DNA of 64,000 nt from Psammoneis japonica (GCA_008632985.1 QPGO01000029.1:446874-510873), one strand, 5' to 3'. Counted from the first letter of the stretch, positions 37,180 to 49,029 are shown. Made by a program: numbers and translations. Notes: generated from the letters alone by a model not told the origin.

Positions 37180-37850
37180 GTGCCATCCAATCACCACAGC
37201 GATGTGTGTTTTCTCACCACCTGCAGCACTGCGACTGGTGTCGTCCAGTCACCGCAGTGGTTCTGTCCAGTTGATCAACGAACCGCATCGGTGCCACCCG
37301 TTCACCACAGCACTGTGTCATCTTCTCACAACCTGTGCAATCAGGTCACTGTGAGTGCTGCGACTGGTGCTGTCCAGTCACCGCAGCCGAGTTAATTGGT
37401 TGCTTGACGAACTGCGTCGGTGCCACCCGATCACCGCAGCATTGTGTCGTGTTCTCACAACCTGTGCGATCAGGTCTCTGTGAGAGCTGCAACTGGTGTC
37501 ATCCAGTCACCGCAGCTGAGCTTGTGCATCATCTCACAACCTGCGTTACGAGGTGCAGCGCTGTGTTGTTTGCTCACAACCTGTGCAATCAGGTCGCTGT
37601 GAGAGCTGTGACTGGTGTCGTCCAGTCACCGCAGCCAAGTGAATTGGTTGCTTGACGAACTGCGTCGGTGCCATCCGATCACCGCAGCGTTGTGTCGTGT
37701 TCTCACAACCTGTGCGATCAGGTCTCTGTGAGAGCTGCGACTGGTGTTGTCCAGTCACCGCAGCTGAGCTTGTGCGTCATCTCACAACCTGCGTTGCCAG
37801 GTCACTGTGAGAACTGAGAACTGCGATCGGTGTGGCCCAATCACCGCAGT
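37180..37850. repeat. Minisatellite-like tandem array (~120-130-bp subunits, ~248-bp higher-order unit)
   Basis: ctcacaacctgtgc.atcaggtc.ctgtgag.gctg..actggtg...tccagtcaccgcagc recurs at ~37325, 37454, 37573 and 37701, plus partial copies. Confidence 0.9.
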
Positions 37851-38006
37851 TGGATGCTTTTCGTTTCCCTTTGCGCAAAGGTTCTGTCACAAAAAAGTGA
37901 GACGAAAGTGTGCCTCTTTCACCTCGACGGAAGAGTGACGTGTGCGTTCCTCCCACGTCCTTCTTCATGCCAGACGCATGACGTCCCACTTAGTTTCGTT
38001 GACGTT

Positions 38007-38107
38007 GAACATCCCATGGGATGAGATTTGGATCTTGTTCAAGTTGTTTCGACCATCTGCTCTGAACATTCCATGGGGTGAGATTCGGATCTTGTTCAAG
38101 TTGTTTC
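38007..38107 (+). repeat. ~45-bp direct repeat pair
   Basis: tgaacat.ccatggg.tgagatt.ggatcttgttcaagttgtttcg occurs at ~38007 and ~38063. Confidence 0.85.
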
Positions 38108-38654
38108 GGCAATCTTGGTGGTGGGCGCAGCTTTGCGCAAATTCCGTGGAATCACGCTTTAATGAGTGGCAGGGCAGTTGAGTTAGTCGTGTGGCAACAA
38201 CAATGCGATTGACGTCATTCGTGTTTCCAAAGTGCGCGCGAATCCTCCAAATGGGTGATGGGCCCACCTCAGCTAACTGTCGGCACAGTGTGCAGTGACA
38301 GCGATGGCGTCGACCGTTTGGCGACTAGATTTCGTGCACGATGGCCGCGCGGCAGTGACGGCTGAAATGCACACAAAGCACGGACGGAATTGCACGTGAT
38401 TTTACGCATTTTCAGCAAACTCAGTGCAACTTTGCGTGCTCCGATCCTTGCATCTGTTTTGTTCAAATTGAATCCATGCACCACTTGCAAGTGCTGACAC
38501 CTGGAAGGTTGCCTTGTTGCAGTTCGACGTGTTTGGATCTAGTTGCTGACATTGCCAGTTCTCCTTGGTGTGATGCACACAGCTCTGCTGGGTCTTTCTT
38601 GGCACTTCTGAACGATCGCACTTTTTGTTCCCACAATTTCTCTCCGACTGATTC

Positions 38655-39528
38655 GATGGCACGCAAAAGAAACACAACGACCTCCCCGGCTGCGAAAGCC
38701 AAAGTCGCCAAAACCAAACAGAAGAAGGCAAAGACGAAGTTTTCTGATGCTCTGTTGAAGAAGCTAAGTCTGCCCCGCAAGACCAACGGCTTGACCGATG
38801 ACAACCTTAAACCGGAAGACTGCCTTGCCAAGCACGGGTTCAAGCTTTCCAAATCTGCCGGTTCTGACGATGGCAGCCATTCCGACAAGGACGCCCTCCT
38901 GCGCTGCACCACCGTCACTGTCGGCCGCAAGAAAGGCGTCGTTTTTCGTCTCCAAGCCAAGAATCCCCTTTCAACCAATGTTTGGTCGGAGAAGGTTCTG
39001 TTTGATGACCTTCGCAGCAGGACTCCGTGGGCGGTTCAAGTCGGATTCCACCCTTGCACTGGCAGGTGGGTTCACGAAGGCGAGTTGCAGACGAACGCCA
39101 AGAACTGCGCCGTGCGTCTCTTCTTCATCTTCCTCGAAGAAGTCCCAACCGATGCTAAAGCAAGCGGCCTCGGGAAGCACATTGCGAAGCAGCTCAACGA
39201 TGACCCTGAGAACAACACCAAGGTCTTCGTTGAAGACGACTTCTTCTGGATGAAGGATGCTGTTTGGTCCGAAGTGATCGGCAATGAGGCGGCGCTTGCC
39301 GAGCTTCAGAAGGAAGGTGGTCAGCTTCACATCGGTTGGTGTGCCCAAAACAAGAACTTGCTTCACAGTCACTTCTACGAGGGGTCGTTGCCTGTGGAAC
39401 TCTGTCGTCTCATTGGAGCTCCGGTGGAAGAAGCTGGAGAAGAGGCCGACGATGATGTCGAGCTCAACTGCGAAGTTGACCTGAACGTCGATGACGACTT
39501 GGTGCTTCAGGACAGCGACGAAGACTGA
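38655..39528 (+). CDS. Hypothetical protein (basic N-terminus, acidic C-terminus), putative Helitron cargo
   Basis: Coherent ORF from MARKRNTTT with gene-like codon use; Tyr nearly absent; no family recognised. Confidence 0.6.
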
Positions 39529-39751
39529 GTTGTTTTTTTTTTTTGCCGGTGCAGTGTAAATTTGCAAATGTTTGGTGAACTGAGTGTCGATTGCAACTCA
39601 GCTTTCCTCTGTCTCTTCAAGCATGTGCCATCTCCGATGACAACTTTACGTTACCGCGAAGCAATGGCGAATTGAGTGGAGCAACTGGCGTGTGACGTCT
39701 AGCACAGTGACAGCAAAAAAACAGTTCAGTTGAGTTCTTAAGCAAAATTGG

Positions 39752-40552
39752 CTATTTCGCGATGGGTGAATGCTTCCGTTCCAAGTGTGTCGGAGTGGGA
39801 CGTCGCATGTGCTGGCTGGTTGACTGAGAAGTCTCCTCTTTCTTGGTGCACTTGTGGAAGACGAGATGTTTCACGTCTCCGCTGTGCCACAAAAAGTCGC
39901 CATCATGGTGATCCGCCGTGAAGGACTCGCACATCCACTCTCCCGCGTACGACGCGAACAGCGGATCTAGCGCCACCACCACGGTCCCAGCACGACACAA
40001 CTTCGAAAGCATCGCCTCTGCCTTCTGCAGTGTGTTCTTGTCGTCGACCATGCGGGAGTTGCAGTTGTTGAAGAACACCTTGAGTCCTTTCTTTTTCCAC
40101 AAAGGAGCCAGCCTCTCATCCAAGAATGACTTGTTGATCAACTCTAACCCGCCGTTCGAGCAAAGGCCAGCACGATGAGCCCAACGTACAGCCTCTTGGT
40201 GACGATCGTGGTCGGCCTCGATGCTCACCACGGTGCAACGGCGACGAAGTAACTTGAGCCCGATGCTGGGTCCGGCAACTCCCCCACCCATGTCGACAGA
40301 TGCATCGCAGGTGTGATTCACGCCAAGAAGGCGTTCGTTCAAAAACACTTCGCTGCTCAAAGCGAAGCCAACTTCGCCGCCGTGCGAAGATCCGCTTCCG
40401 TCTCCGGAGACACGCCTGCTCTGGAACGCGGAGTCCGGAGCCGTTTGAAGACAAAACTCCCCAACACTTCTGTGACGATGGTTCATCGCATCCAACCTTG
40501 TGGCAACATCAACCTTGCTTGCAGCGGGTTCGACCAGATGTCGCGTTTCCAA
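39752..40552 (-). pseudogene. SAM-dependent methyltransferase, DOT1-like (hypermutated)
   Basis: SHGGEVG (cf. DOT1 YGE), VDMGGGVAG (motif I), VVSIEAD (motif II), VFFNNC (cf. DOT1 xxxNNF) and RAGTVVVALDPL (cf. GxxIVS). Confidence 0.6.
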
Positions 40553-40933
40553 ACCAAACTGTGACGTGCGCAGAATGTGTAAAATTACCGTCGCGCCCTC
40601 TACGCACGCGAAATTTTCAAACGCGGCGTGCTGCCTCTACCTGCGCATGGAGCGACGTACAAAGTCATTTTAAACAGACATGCAGACGCGTTGAAATGAC
40701 AAGACGCCTTTGGGCGGTAAAACATGTTTTGAATCTCGGCCTGCTTCTCATCGCCACTGCACTTGTGTGTCCGTGTAATTCAAACGCACGAGCTGGCACG
40801 GCACGCAACACACTTCTACGTGAGAACTCGCACTGAGATTGCCGTGGGATGATCCTCCCTCTGCGGAGACAAAAACAACGCGACAACACTTCCGTCATTG
40901 TGTTTTGAAACACATTTCAAATTGAGACACACC

Positions 40934-42367
40934 ATGTCGCAACTGCCTCGTGCCTCGCTGCATCGTCCCACCAATGACAAGCACTTGTCGCGATCGAGCT
41001 ACAGCCGGTCTCGACAGTGTGGGGGTTTGGGACGTGCAGCTCGCAGCCCGACAACAAGCAAATGCTTCTCGCGATTAGGTTTCGACCCCACTCCCCTGGA
41101 GTCCGCCGGTCCCTGTCAACAGAGTTTTGCTTTGGGTGCTCTTGAGGCAACGGAAAGCAGACACATCTCTCGATTGGGTTTTGACCCCACTCCCCTGGAG
41201 TCCGCCGGTCCCTGTCAACAGAGTTCTGCTTTGGGCACTGTTGAGACGACAGCGACAGTGTCAAGCAGCGGAACATTTGCCGGCAAGTTCGCACACACGT
41301 TCTCTGCAAACACCGCATCATCAATGCGCACCAGGACACACGAGAATGTGTTGAGGGCTCAACCGCCACTTCGTAAGGCCCACCGCAGCCGCAGGCGAAT
41401 CCGCAGCCGCGCCAGTGGGAAAACATCCAAGATCACTCGCCTCGTTCCACTCGCACCGTGCGCCACCAAGAGTCTCTCCGTACACTGCGTAGCCAACCGC
41501 ACTCTAGTTTATGACGGCGACTGCACTCAGCCTGCACCACCTTGTCTTGCTGACATTGACTTTGCCGAATTGGCTCCTCTGGTCGTCTGTGACCCTGTGC
41601 TCGATCTGAAGCCTTTCTTTGGCTTGGACGGTTGCCGCTGCGACAACACCTGCACCCTGCTGCCGCGTTCTGCTGTGGTGTTCAGCTCCCCCAACCCAGC
41701 AGAACCAGTTGCTCAGTGCCGAGCGCTCGAAGCACTAGAATCCTGCACCGCCCAGTCCACCGTGCGCAGCAAACAACGCGTTACCTTCATGGAGATGGAC
41801 AGGAGCAAGTGTTCCACGATTGGCCTGGCTGCCACAAGGGATGCTCAAATTTCTTGCAAGCAGCCTGGCACAGCCGACCAACACACTCACCACCTCACCA
41901 GACTTCTTTCACACATGGAGCACCTTGTCAATGAGTGCGTGGACCATGCCATCCTTGAGGGTGTCGCTCGTGTCAAAAAGTTTCACAACTGGAAATCCCT
42001 GGTGCAGTCAGATGGCATTTTCTCCTCTCTGGCGGCTGGGCGCAATGTCTTCCTCAACGCCCATCGGGGCCAGGACTTCTTCCTGTCAGCAGTCACCGTG
42101 GTGGGAGTCCCTCCGTCCAGCAGCTGCACCATGAATGACGGGATTGTGGCACACTTCTGCTTCCCCACCGAAGGCATCTCCGTTGCACTCCGGCTTGGTG
42201 ATGTCATCATTTTTAACCCCACCAAGTGCCACTGCATCTCCAGCAGGACAAACTCAAACGACGAGTTCTTCTGCATGTCTCTCCACCTGAAGAGTGCTGC
42301 AGTGGGCAAGAACAACAATTCAATCCCCCTTTCTCTAGAGGAAGAGACCATTCTCAGGCGACTGTGA
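40934..42367 (+). pseudogene. 2OG-Fe(II) dioxygenase, TET/JBP-like (hypermutated)
   Basis: C-terminal FSSLAAGRNVFLNAHRGQDFF (degenerate HxD), FCFPTEGISVALRLGDVIIFNPTKCHCISSR (distal His) and MSLHLK. The true start is uncertain. Confidence 0.6.
41066..41236 (+). repeat. ~70-bp direct repeat pair
   Basis: cgatt.ggttt.gaccccactcccctggagtccgccggtccctgtcaacagagtt.tgctttggg occurs twice; differences include TA vs TG and TG vs CA. Confidence 0.9.
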
Positions 42368-42589
42368 CAGCACAAAATAACTTGCTAAATTTGTGTAAAT
42401 TTACTGACTTTCTGTACTCAGGCGACTGTGCAGGTGCCTGCTAATTTGCTAGATTTGCGCAAATTTACCGACTTTCTGTTCTTCCTCGTTCCCATTTTTC
42501 GAACCACAACTGGGGCTACGCCTTTCCAACTAATGCTGCAGTTTCGCTGAAAAACACCAACACACTGTGCTGCTAATTTAGAGAGCACA

Positions 42590-43228
42590 CTACACGGCAA
42601 ACGTTTTGCCAGACGTAGAGCTTCTCCCCCCTGACTTGGGGAGTAGACGCGATTTCTTCTTCCAATTCATGGCACCCGACGTCGCCTTCCTCTTCTTCTT
42701 CTTCTTCTCCGATTCATCCAAGTTGCATCTGCAGAGAAATTCCTCCCCGGGCATGATTCGCTTCGTGACTGCCAAGCACCCGTCGTTGTAGAACTCGCAG
42801 TTGTTGTCCGCGTGTTGGCTTGCCTTGATCTTCTTCTTGTCCTTGAACGACTCGGTGGCATCGTTCACGCAGTGCATTCCGAGGTAGAGTGGATGGGAAT
42901 TCTTGTTCCCTGGACCACTAAAATCAAGCGGTTTTGGCTCCACTGTGATGCAGTGGCCCTCGCTGTCATGGATGGTGGAGCAGCACACGCTGTGGTCTTC
43001 TCCAAACTTGCTGTCGTGGTCGTACCACCAGCAGCTCCTCGTCGCACCGGGCACCCTGGGGCCCACGTAGATTCCAACCGTGCTGCCTTTCTGGAACTGG
43101 CACAAAGCAAAAAAACCAATGCCTGCGCCCCTCCATTGCGATGCGCGCAGCTCGCCCACCTCCACCTCCTTGGGGCCTGCGGAGCGAACGGACTTTTCGA
43201 GGCAAAACAACGCAGGTTGAAGTGACAC
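42590..43228 (-). pseudogene. SET-domain lysine methyltransferase (hypermutated)
   Basis: RASQWRGAGIGFFALCQFQKGSTVGIYVG (SET-N GxGxFA..I.EYxG), MHCVND (cf. RxxNH) and VTKRIMPGEEFLCRC (cf. RDI.xGEEL..DY, with the terminal Tyr replaced by Cys). Confidence 0.85.
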
Positions 43229-43234
43229 GGCGCC

Positions 43235-44050
43235 TCATCCAAACATGCACACTTCTGCACTTACTCTCTTCACGAGACAGACCAGTGCGAGCAACCACCC
43301 CACTTCAAAAGCCTCGACGGCGGTCTTGAACACTTTGTTGCTCTTCGGCGCCGAGTCTGGGATGCCCCTCTCGCCGACTTCCGTGCGGTGCCTCCACACC
43401 CACTTGCAGTGTTCGCCGCGAGCATTCGCGACGGCTTCAGGGTCGCTCCTGATGCACCCCAGTTCTCCCAGCACGGGGAACCAGAGGTCGGGATCATTCG
43501 GCGCATCCTTCATCAGGCACATGGACTCCTGGAATTTATCAGATTTTTCGTGCCGCAACACCCAGCCCCACAAGTCGAATGACGGATCGTTGGGGTCCGG
43601 AAATTGCTTTCCTTCTTCTTCCTCTTCCGCCGTTGCTTTCGCGACCACTTTGGCCACGGGCTTGGCTGCCTCCTCGCTTTTGCCGCTGCAAAAAGGTGGG
43701 ACCTCCGGTTTCACAAAGGTGGCCTGATCACCCACCAACTCGATCTTGCAACCGGCCTCAAGGAGCTGCTCGGCGGTGTGACCCAGCTGCTGTGCTTCGT
43801 TCCAACCACAAATTTGAAAGGTTGGCTCCGGCGGCACGGCTTTCTCCCTCTTTTCAGTTTGGGACTGCGACGGCTTCTCCGACATCCTTGCGTGTTCGGA
43901 CTCGACGGACACACCCTCGGCACTTCCCTCGGCGCCAAGTGCAGTCATGGCAGCTGCCGCCGCGCCTTCGGCGCCCATGAGTTCTGCCATGACTTCCGGA
44001 GCTGCTACATCCTCTGCTTTGCCAGACGCAACGATGTTGTCCTCCGCCAT
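43235..44050 (-). CDS. Hypothetical acidic/Ala-rich protein, putative Helitron cargo
   Basis: ORF from MAEDNIVASG with a Trp-rich C-terminal part; no Tyr; no family recognised. Confidence 0.5.
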   Translation of the reverse strand: MAEDNIVASGKAEDVAAPEVMAELMGAEGAAAAAMTALGAEGSAEGVSVESEHARMSEKPSQSQTEKREKAVPPEPTFQICGWNEAQQLGHTAEQLLEAGCKIELVGDQATFVKPEVPPFCSGKSEEAAKPVAKVVAKATAEEEEEGKQFPDPNDPSFDLWGWVLRHEKSDKFQESMCLMKDAPNDPDLWFPVLGELGCIRSDPEAVANARGEHCKWVWRHRTEVGERGIPDSAPKSNKVFKTAVEAFEVGWLLALVCLVKRVSAEVCMFG

Positions 44051-44415
44051 TCTAGCGCCGTGATGACAGAGCTGCACTCACTGCTGTGTGGTGTGCTGCT
44101 TTATTCCAGCCGTTGGCGATCCACATCCTTCTGCGCACGTAAACGTGTGACACTTCGCACCAAATTCCACGTAGCGCGTCTGCACCTGTCTACGTCCGTC
44201 TTCACTACTGTACGCACTACGGTACTGCAGCGCACCCTTTCAAACCTTCATTAATGTTTATTTTTTCCTTCCTTTTCCTTTTCTCTTCTTCTTCTATCTG
44301 GCTGGGAGGAACTGCTGGATAGCCGGCCTTATCAGTACAAAAAGATGAGAAGTTCGGAAGTCCCCAAGTTCCCCTTGTCTCGTCATTTTCTTCTTTGCAA
44401 TGGACTGATGGTGCA

Positions 44416-46241
44416 ATGTTGTCGTCGACCGCTTTGCTCTCCGTCCTGCTGCTAGCTTTGTTAGGCTCATTAGTGCTTGCCCAAGAATGTATTGATAAGG
44501 GCGTATGCGATAGTCACGAACGTTGTCCTGTGTGGGCAGTAGAAGGCGCATGCATAGAGGAGTCGGCTTACATGCTGAAATTTTGCCCCGTGAGCTGTAC
44601 CTTGCCTACAAAGGCCTCCAACGAAGAATGCGTTGATCATCATCCTCGGTGTGAGCTCTTTGCCTCTACTGGAGAATGCAGAAGTAAGAACTCTTATCAG
44701 ATGCGCAAATTTTGTCCGAAGAGCTGCAAGTTGTGCGGTCAGAAAAAAGAACAAGAAGGAGGCTGCGTTGATAACAATGAAGACTGCGGTTTCTGGGCGT
44801 CACGAGGAGAGTGTGACGGGGAGAATTCCGATTTCGTTAGAAAAATTTGTCCGAAGAGCTGCAATTTGTGTTCACCTCTCAAAACCCGCGTCACAGCGTC
44901 AAATCCAACGCTGAACGCCAACCATGAGCTGCTCAAAGCTACTCAAGATTTTGGAAAGCAGCAAGAGGCTACGGGAAGCGAAGCTGCAAAGATAATCGAT
45001 GTGATTAAGAAAAGCATCGCCTACATGGAATCAGAGGCAATGGATCTGCCTGTGGAAGTGTTAGAGAAGTGTCTGAACCGCAACAAGTTGTGCTCATTCT
45101 GGGCAACTATCGGTGAGTCTTGGAATTTTCTCCCTGGGATTCGCTCCTTTTGATATTAACTCCTGTCTAAACGTCTATTCAGGGGAGTGCGAAGGAAATC
45201 CAGCCTACATGACTACAAATTGTGCTCCGGCTTGTCGAACTTGCAATTTGATTGATATGGCGTTGCGTTGCCCTCCGCTGGAAAACGCTCAGCCAGCGTT
45301 GGTGCCGGGAGCGCTAAACAAGATGTTTGAAACCATTGTCAAGACGGCACCTGGAAACCGCACCTTATCACCCGAGGAACGAAAGGAGCTTGAAGAGCAA
45401 GAGATGCCAGAATATACAGTCAATGTTATTTCACGTCCACCTCCAGATGGAGGAGATACATTGCCATGGGTGATTGTCTTTGACAATATCACAACACCTG
45501 AGGAGTGCCAGCACCTAATCGACATTGGTCACAAAGTTGGCTACGAACGGTCTCGGTAAGTTCCAGAGCAATGGGACGATCGCTAGCAGTGGCTTCTGTA
45601 AGATCACAGAGTCCTCACAATCTAGCCTCTTTTCGATGCGTCAGTGATGTTGGTACAAAGCAGTTTGATGGGACATTTGATGGGGTAGAAAGCGATAGAC
45701 GAACATCAGAAAACGCTTGGTGTTCTGTAAGGAATAATTGTCGCACCGATGAAGTAGTGCAAAGGATTCAAAATCGGATTGGAACCGTAACGGGCATCAA
45801 ACCTGAAAACAGCGAGGATCTGCAAATACTCAAGTACCAAGAGGGTCAATTCTATAGATCCCATCATGACTACATTTCTCACCATCGTGATCGACAGTGC
45901 GGACCGAGAATTTTGACCTTTTTTCTTTATCTCAGCAATGTAGAAGGCGGCGGGACTCGATTCAATAAGCTCAACAAGGTTGTCGAACCCAAAGTAGGAA
46001 GGGCGGTGTTGTGGCCCAGCGTCTTAGACAGTGATCCGCTCCAGCGGGATCCCCGTACGATGCACGAAGCCGAACCTGTAAAAGCAGGGAAAAAATACGC
46101 TGCAAACGGCTGGGTGAGTTATTCAATTGGTGTAGACCGTGCAACCGTGAGTCGTTTTTAGTAACTTTCTCATGTATTTTTCCTCCTACACAGATACATT
46201 TGTATGACTACGTCGCTGCCAGCGAGAGGGGTTGCACTTGA
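44416..46241 (+). CDS. Secreted prolyl 4-hydroxylase with ShK domains, multi-exon
   Basis: Signal peptide and ShK repeats (C.D....C..WA..GEC......M...CP.SC..C). P4H motifs RTSENAW, LQILKYQEGQFYRSHHD, RILTFFLYLSNVEGGGTRF and HEAEPVKAGKKYAANGW. Confidence 0.93.
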
Positions 46242-46373
46242 TTTGTACCCTTCTGTGCAAGCTAGACTGCATACTTCAGTATTTAAAAACATAATCTCTA
46301 TAAGTTTCTAGATAACGAGTGAGACAAACATAATGCCCCAGGAATAACAGCCGTCGGTTCGTAGAGAGTGAGT

Positions 46374-48611
46374 CTACCACTCCAAATCTCCATCTGCGCA
46401 ATACTTTGTGAGAACGTTGGAATAGTGCTCCTTCCAGAGCTTGTCGCACTCGTCATCGGTCAGGTCCGCCACGTTGCTGCATTCTAATCGCGCGCTTCGC
46501 CGTAATTCGTCAAACTCAACCACAAATGGGCGAATGCCTCCATCCTCGGCATTAGCGAGATGCTCGTACTCTCCGTGTGTATGCCAGTCGCCCAGAGAAA
46601 ACAATCGAAGCATGGCAAGTCCTTCTTCCGGGATCATTACAGAGTTGTGGCGAAGCATGTGATACATGTACTCTGGTCCCGTCCAAGTAAGGAGGACATT
46701 GTCGAGGCCACAATGCATCTCATACATGCCTTGCGGAGAGTTGTACTGATCGTCAGACTCATCGGGGTTTAGATGGCGGAACTCACCAAAGGAAGCTCTT
46801 CCGGGTGCAGAACAGCCAACCACTCGTGCTCTGGAAGCAATAGTCCAGTCAAAATCATCGTGATCCAAGGTAACATTTGCAGTGACTATCCGGTTCACAA
46901 CGACGCCGAGTTCATGCCTGAAGCAATAGGGAGCATTGAAAGTACAGAATATCAGCAATCGGTCTTCAAATAATGCATACGTCCAGAATTCGTCAGAAAA
47001 ACAACAAGAGTACACTACTTACACTAAAGCGACAAGCTGCATCCAGTCGGGAAGACCTGCGTTTCTAGCAGCCTCTGCAGTTCGAAACTAAGATGGTAGC
47101 AAGCAATACAGCCACAACGTAAGAAAACGTTCTTCCTTTGAATCGCTTTAGCCATACGCACAATTTTCATGACTTACGCAGAGAGTACGGATCGATGGCC
47201 CACAGTAGGTATCGTTGTGGTCCAGCAAGAAGGGATGACAGGGAATGGCTCTCACCATGTTGAGCGCCTCGCGCAGTCCCATTTTCTTCAGGCCAAACTT
47301 GAGGTACCGATCTCGCATGGTCCTGACATATTCAACGGTCTGCTTTTGCCAGCTCTTGCGGTAGTGCTGACGACGAGGAGGGGTGTCACTCGTGCACAGC
47401 AGACAAAGGTCCCGGCTGCTTGCCTGCCAAAAAGCAGGGTCCTTGGAGGTTGTTAGGGTATGAGTGACAGAGTCGGTTCGCAGAAAGGTTCCATGACATG
47501 TCTGTAGCATCCACAGTTCCTTTCGTCGATCGGTTTCTTCGCGTTGCTCATCCGTGTCGGCGACTCTGAGAAGTAAAAAGTTGGACCATTCTGCTGCAGC
47601 CTTGTCTAAACTCGTCGATTCTTCCGTCACGTCATACTCGCTTCCAGAGAGAGCCATGCATCGGCCATTGGGTTCAACCACAACACAGTGTCCTTGTGTG
47701 GTACGGAACTGAATATGGCCCTCTCCGTCGTCGACAATCAGCCACTCGCTCCGTCTCCGTCCTGGAGCAATTCCCACGCGAGTGCCCTCGGGTTCCAAGA
47801 GTTTGACGGGAAGAAAGGAGAGCTGCTTGTCTTGCGAGGATCCGTCACAAAAGATTGGATCGCTTCGATCGTGGCGTCGTGCCCGAAGAGCAATCTGCAT
47901 TGGTACTTTTCGATACGTTTCACCGTCATTGTTGTTGATGTATTGTACCTTTGCCTTTGGCTTCACGCTGCATCCTAGCTGTTCGTAAAAACCAACAAGT
48001 TTATTGTACCGCCGGAGATCCTCTTCTGCGTCCAATTGGCATCGAACTGACTGCGATAATGATGCAGGTCCAGATGATCCATCACTGGTATACCCATATT
48101 TATGGCGAAGTACTGCAGCGGCTTCTGAAAACAACAAGCCACCCAAGTCGCATCCTCTGTACTGCTCCTTGACATCTAAAACGTGAATTTTTGCCTGAGA
48201 CATTCGTATGAGCTCTGACTCGTCTCCTTTAGTTTCCTCCTGCTTTGATTCTGTAGTGTTTTCAGGAGCAGGAGTGCTCGAGAAAATAATCTTTGCAATC
48301 GCACCTGCTCGATCCGATCGAAACAACAAAATGCGTTCCTCCCCCCGATGACGAGCCATGGGACCACCTTCTCTATGTTCCATTCGCAAGGTAAAGAATT
48401 CATTCTGAGCGGAGGATCCTAGAAAGGAGCGTTGTTGTCGACTGTCCTCCTGACTTGAATTATTATGCCCAAACAACTCTGCCAATCCCACCTGGTTCTC
48501 ACCGCAACCCATCACACACTTATGCAGCAAAGCTTCCCACGAACCGAAATGTCGAGCCTTCTTGGTCGTATGGCCACCTTCCAGTGTTCCTGTGCACACC
48601 ATGGACTCCAT
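46374..48611 (-). CDS. Fusion protein: GNAT-like N-terminal domain plus myo-inositol-oxygenase-like C-terminal domain, multi-exon
   Basis: GNAT-like IHVLDVKEQYRGCDLGGLLF...LVGFYEQLG. MIOX-like QTVEYV..M.LREAL, RTAEAAR..PDWMQLVALVHELG, GMYEMHCGLDNVLLTW and EGLAMLR....WHTHGEY. Confidence 0.8.
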
Positions 48612-49029
48612 TGTGGTAAGCTTGTTGCGATTGCACTCTCTTTTCTAATTGCTATCGTTTATAGTTGTCAGATGTCAACGATTGCCGACCATTGCTTTCT
48701 CGTTTCGCGTTTCGCTAGCGCTAACACTTCATGTCCGCATTTTTGTCTTTTTGTCCGAAGAGCTCGTGGAGTTGAAGTATCTGGTATATTTGCTGTAGAG
48801 TTCTACATACACATTCCTACATGACACCTGTACTGAAGGATGGGTGACACGGCTGTTCGCGGAAGTGTCAAAAGTGTGCGCTGGCAAAATTTTAGGAACA
48901 GTTGAAATTCTAATATAATTATTATACATGGAAACACCAATTGTTTGAATAAACCTTGTTCATTCAGATGGATGGCGCGGAGAGAGGTCGTATGTACGTC
49001 GTCCGTGTCGGTAGAGCTCGCGTACCGAT

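Larger units (their letters stand above)
23584..44250 (-). mobile_element. Large Helitron (Rep-helicase plus putative cargo genes), interrupted by a copia insertion; ends approximate
   Basis: HUH Rep and PIF1 helicase ORFs on the minus strand. A palindrome cgtagaattctacg lies 14 nt before a candidate 3' end GTAG|T at 23584. TpA depletion continues to ~44100-44250. The 5' end was not identified. Confidence 0.65.

Noticed and set aside
37180..37850. CRISPR-like array
   Set aside because: Units are long and degenerate without unique spacers, there are no cas genes, and the context is eukaryotic.
24236..44050. CpG methylation decay as the sole explanation of the CA/TG excess
   Set aside because: CG is abundant here and identical between the LTRs. 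CG decay cannot turn TAY into TGY/CAY or give TA vs TG/CA pairs, although it does contribute at 57-64 kb.
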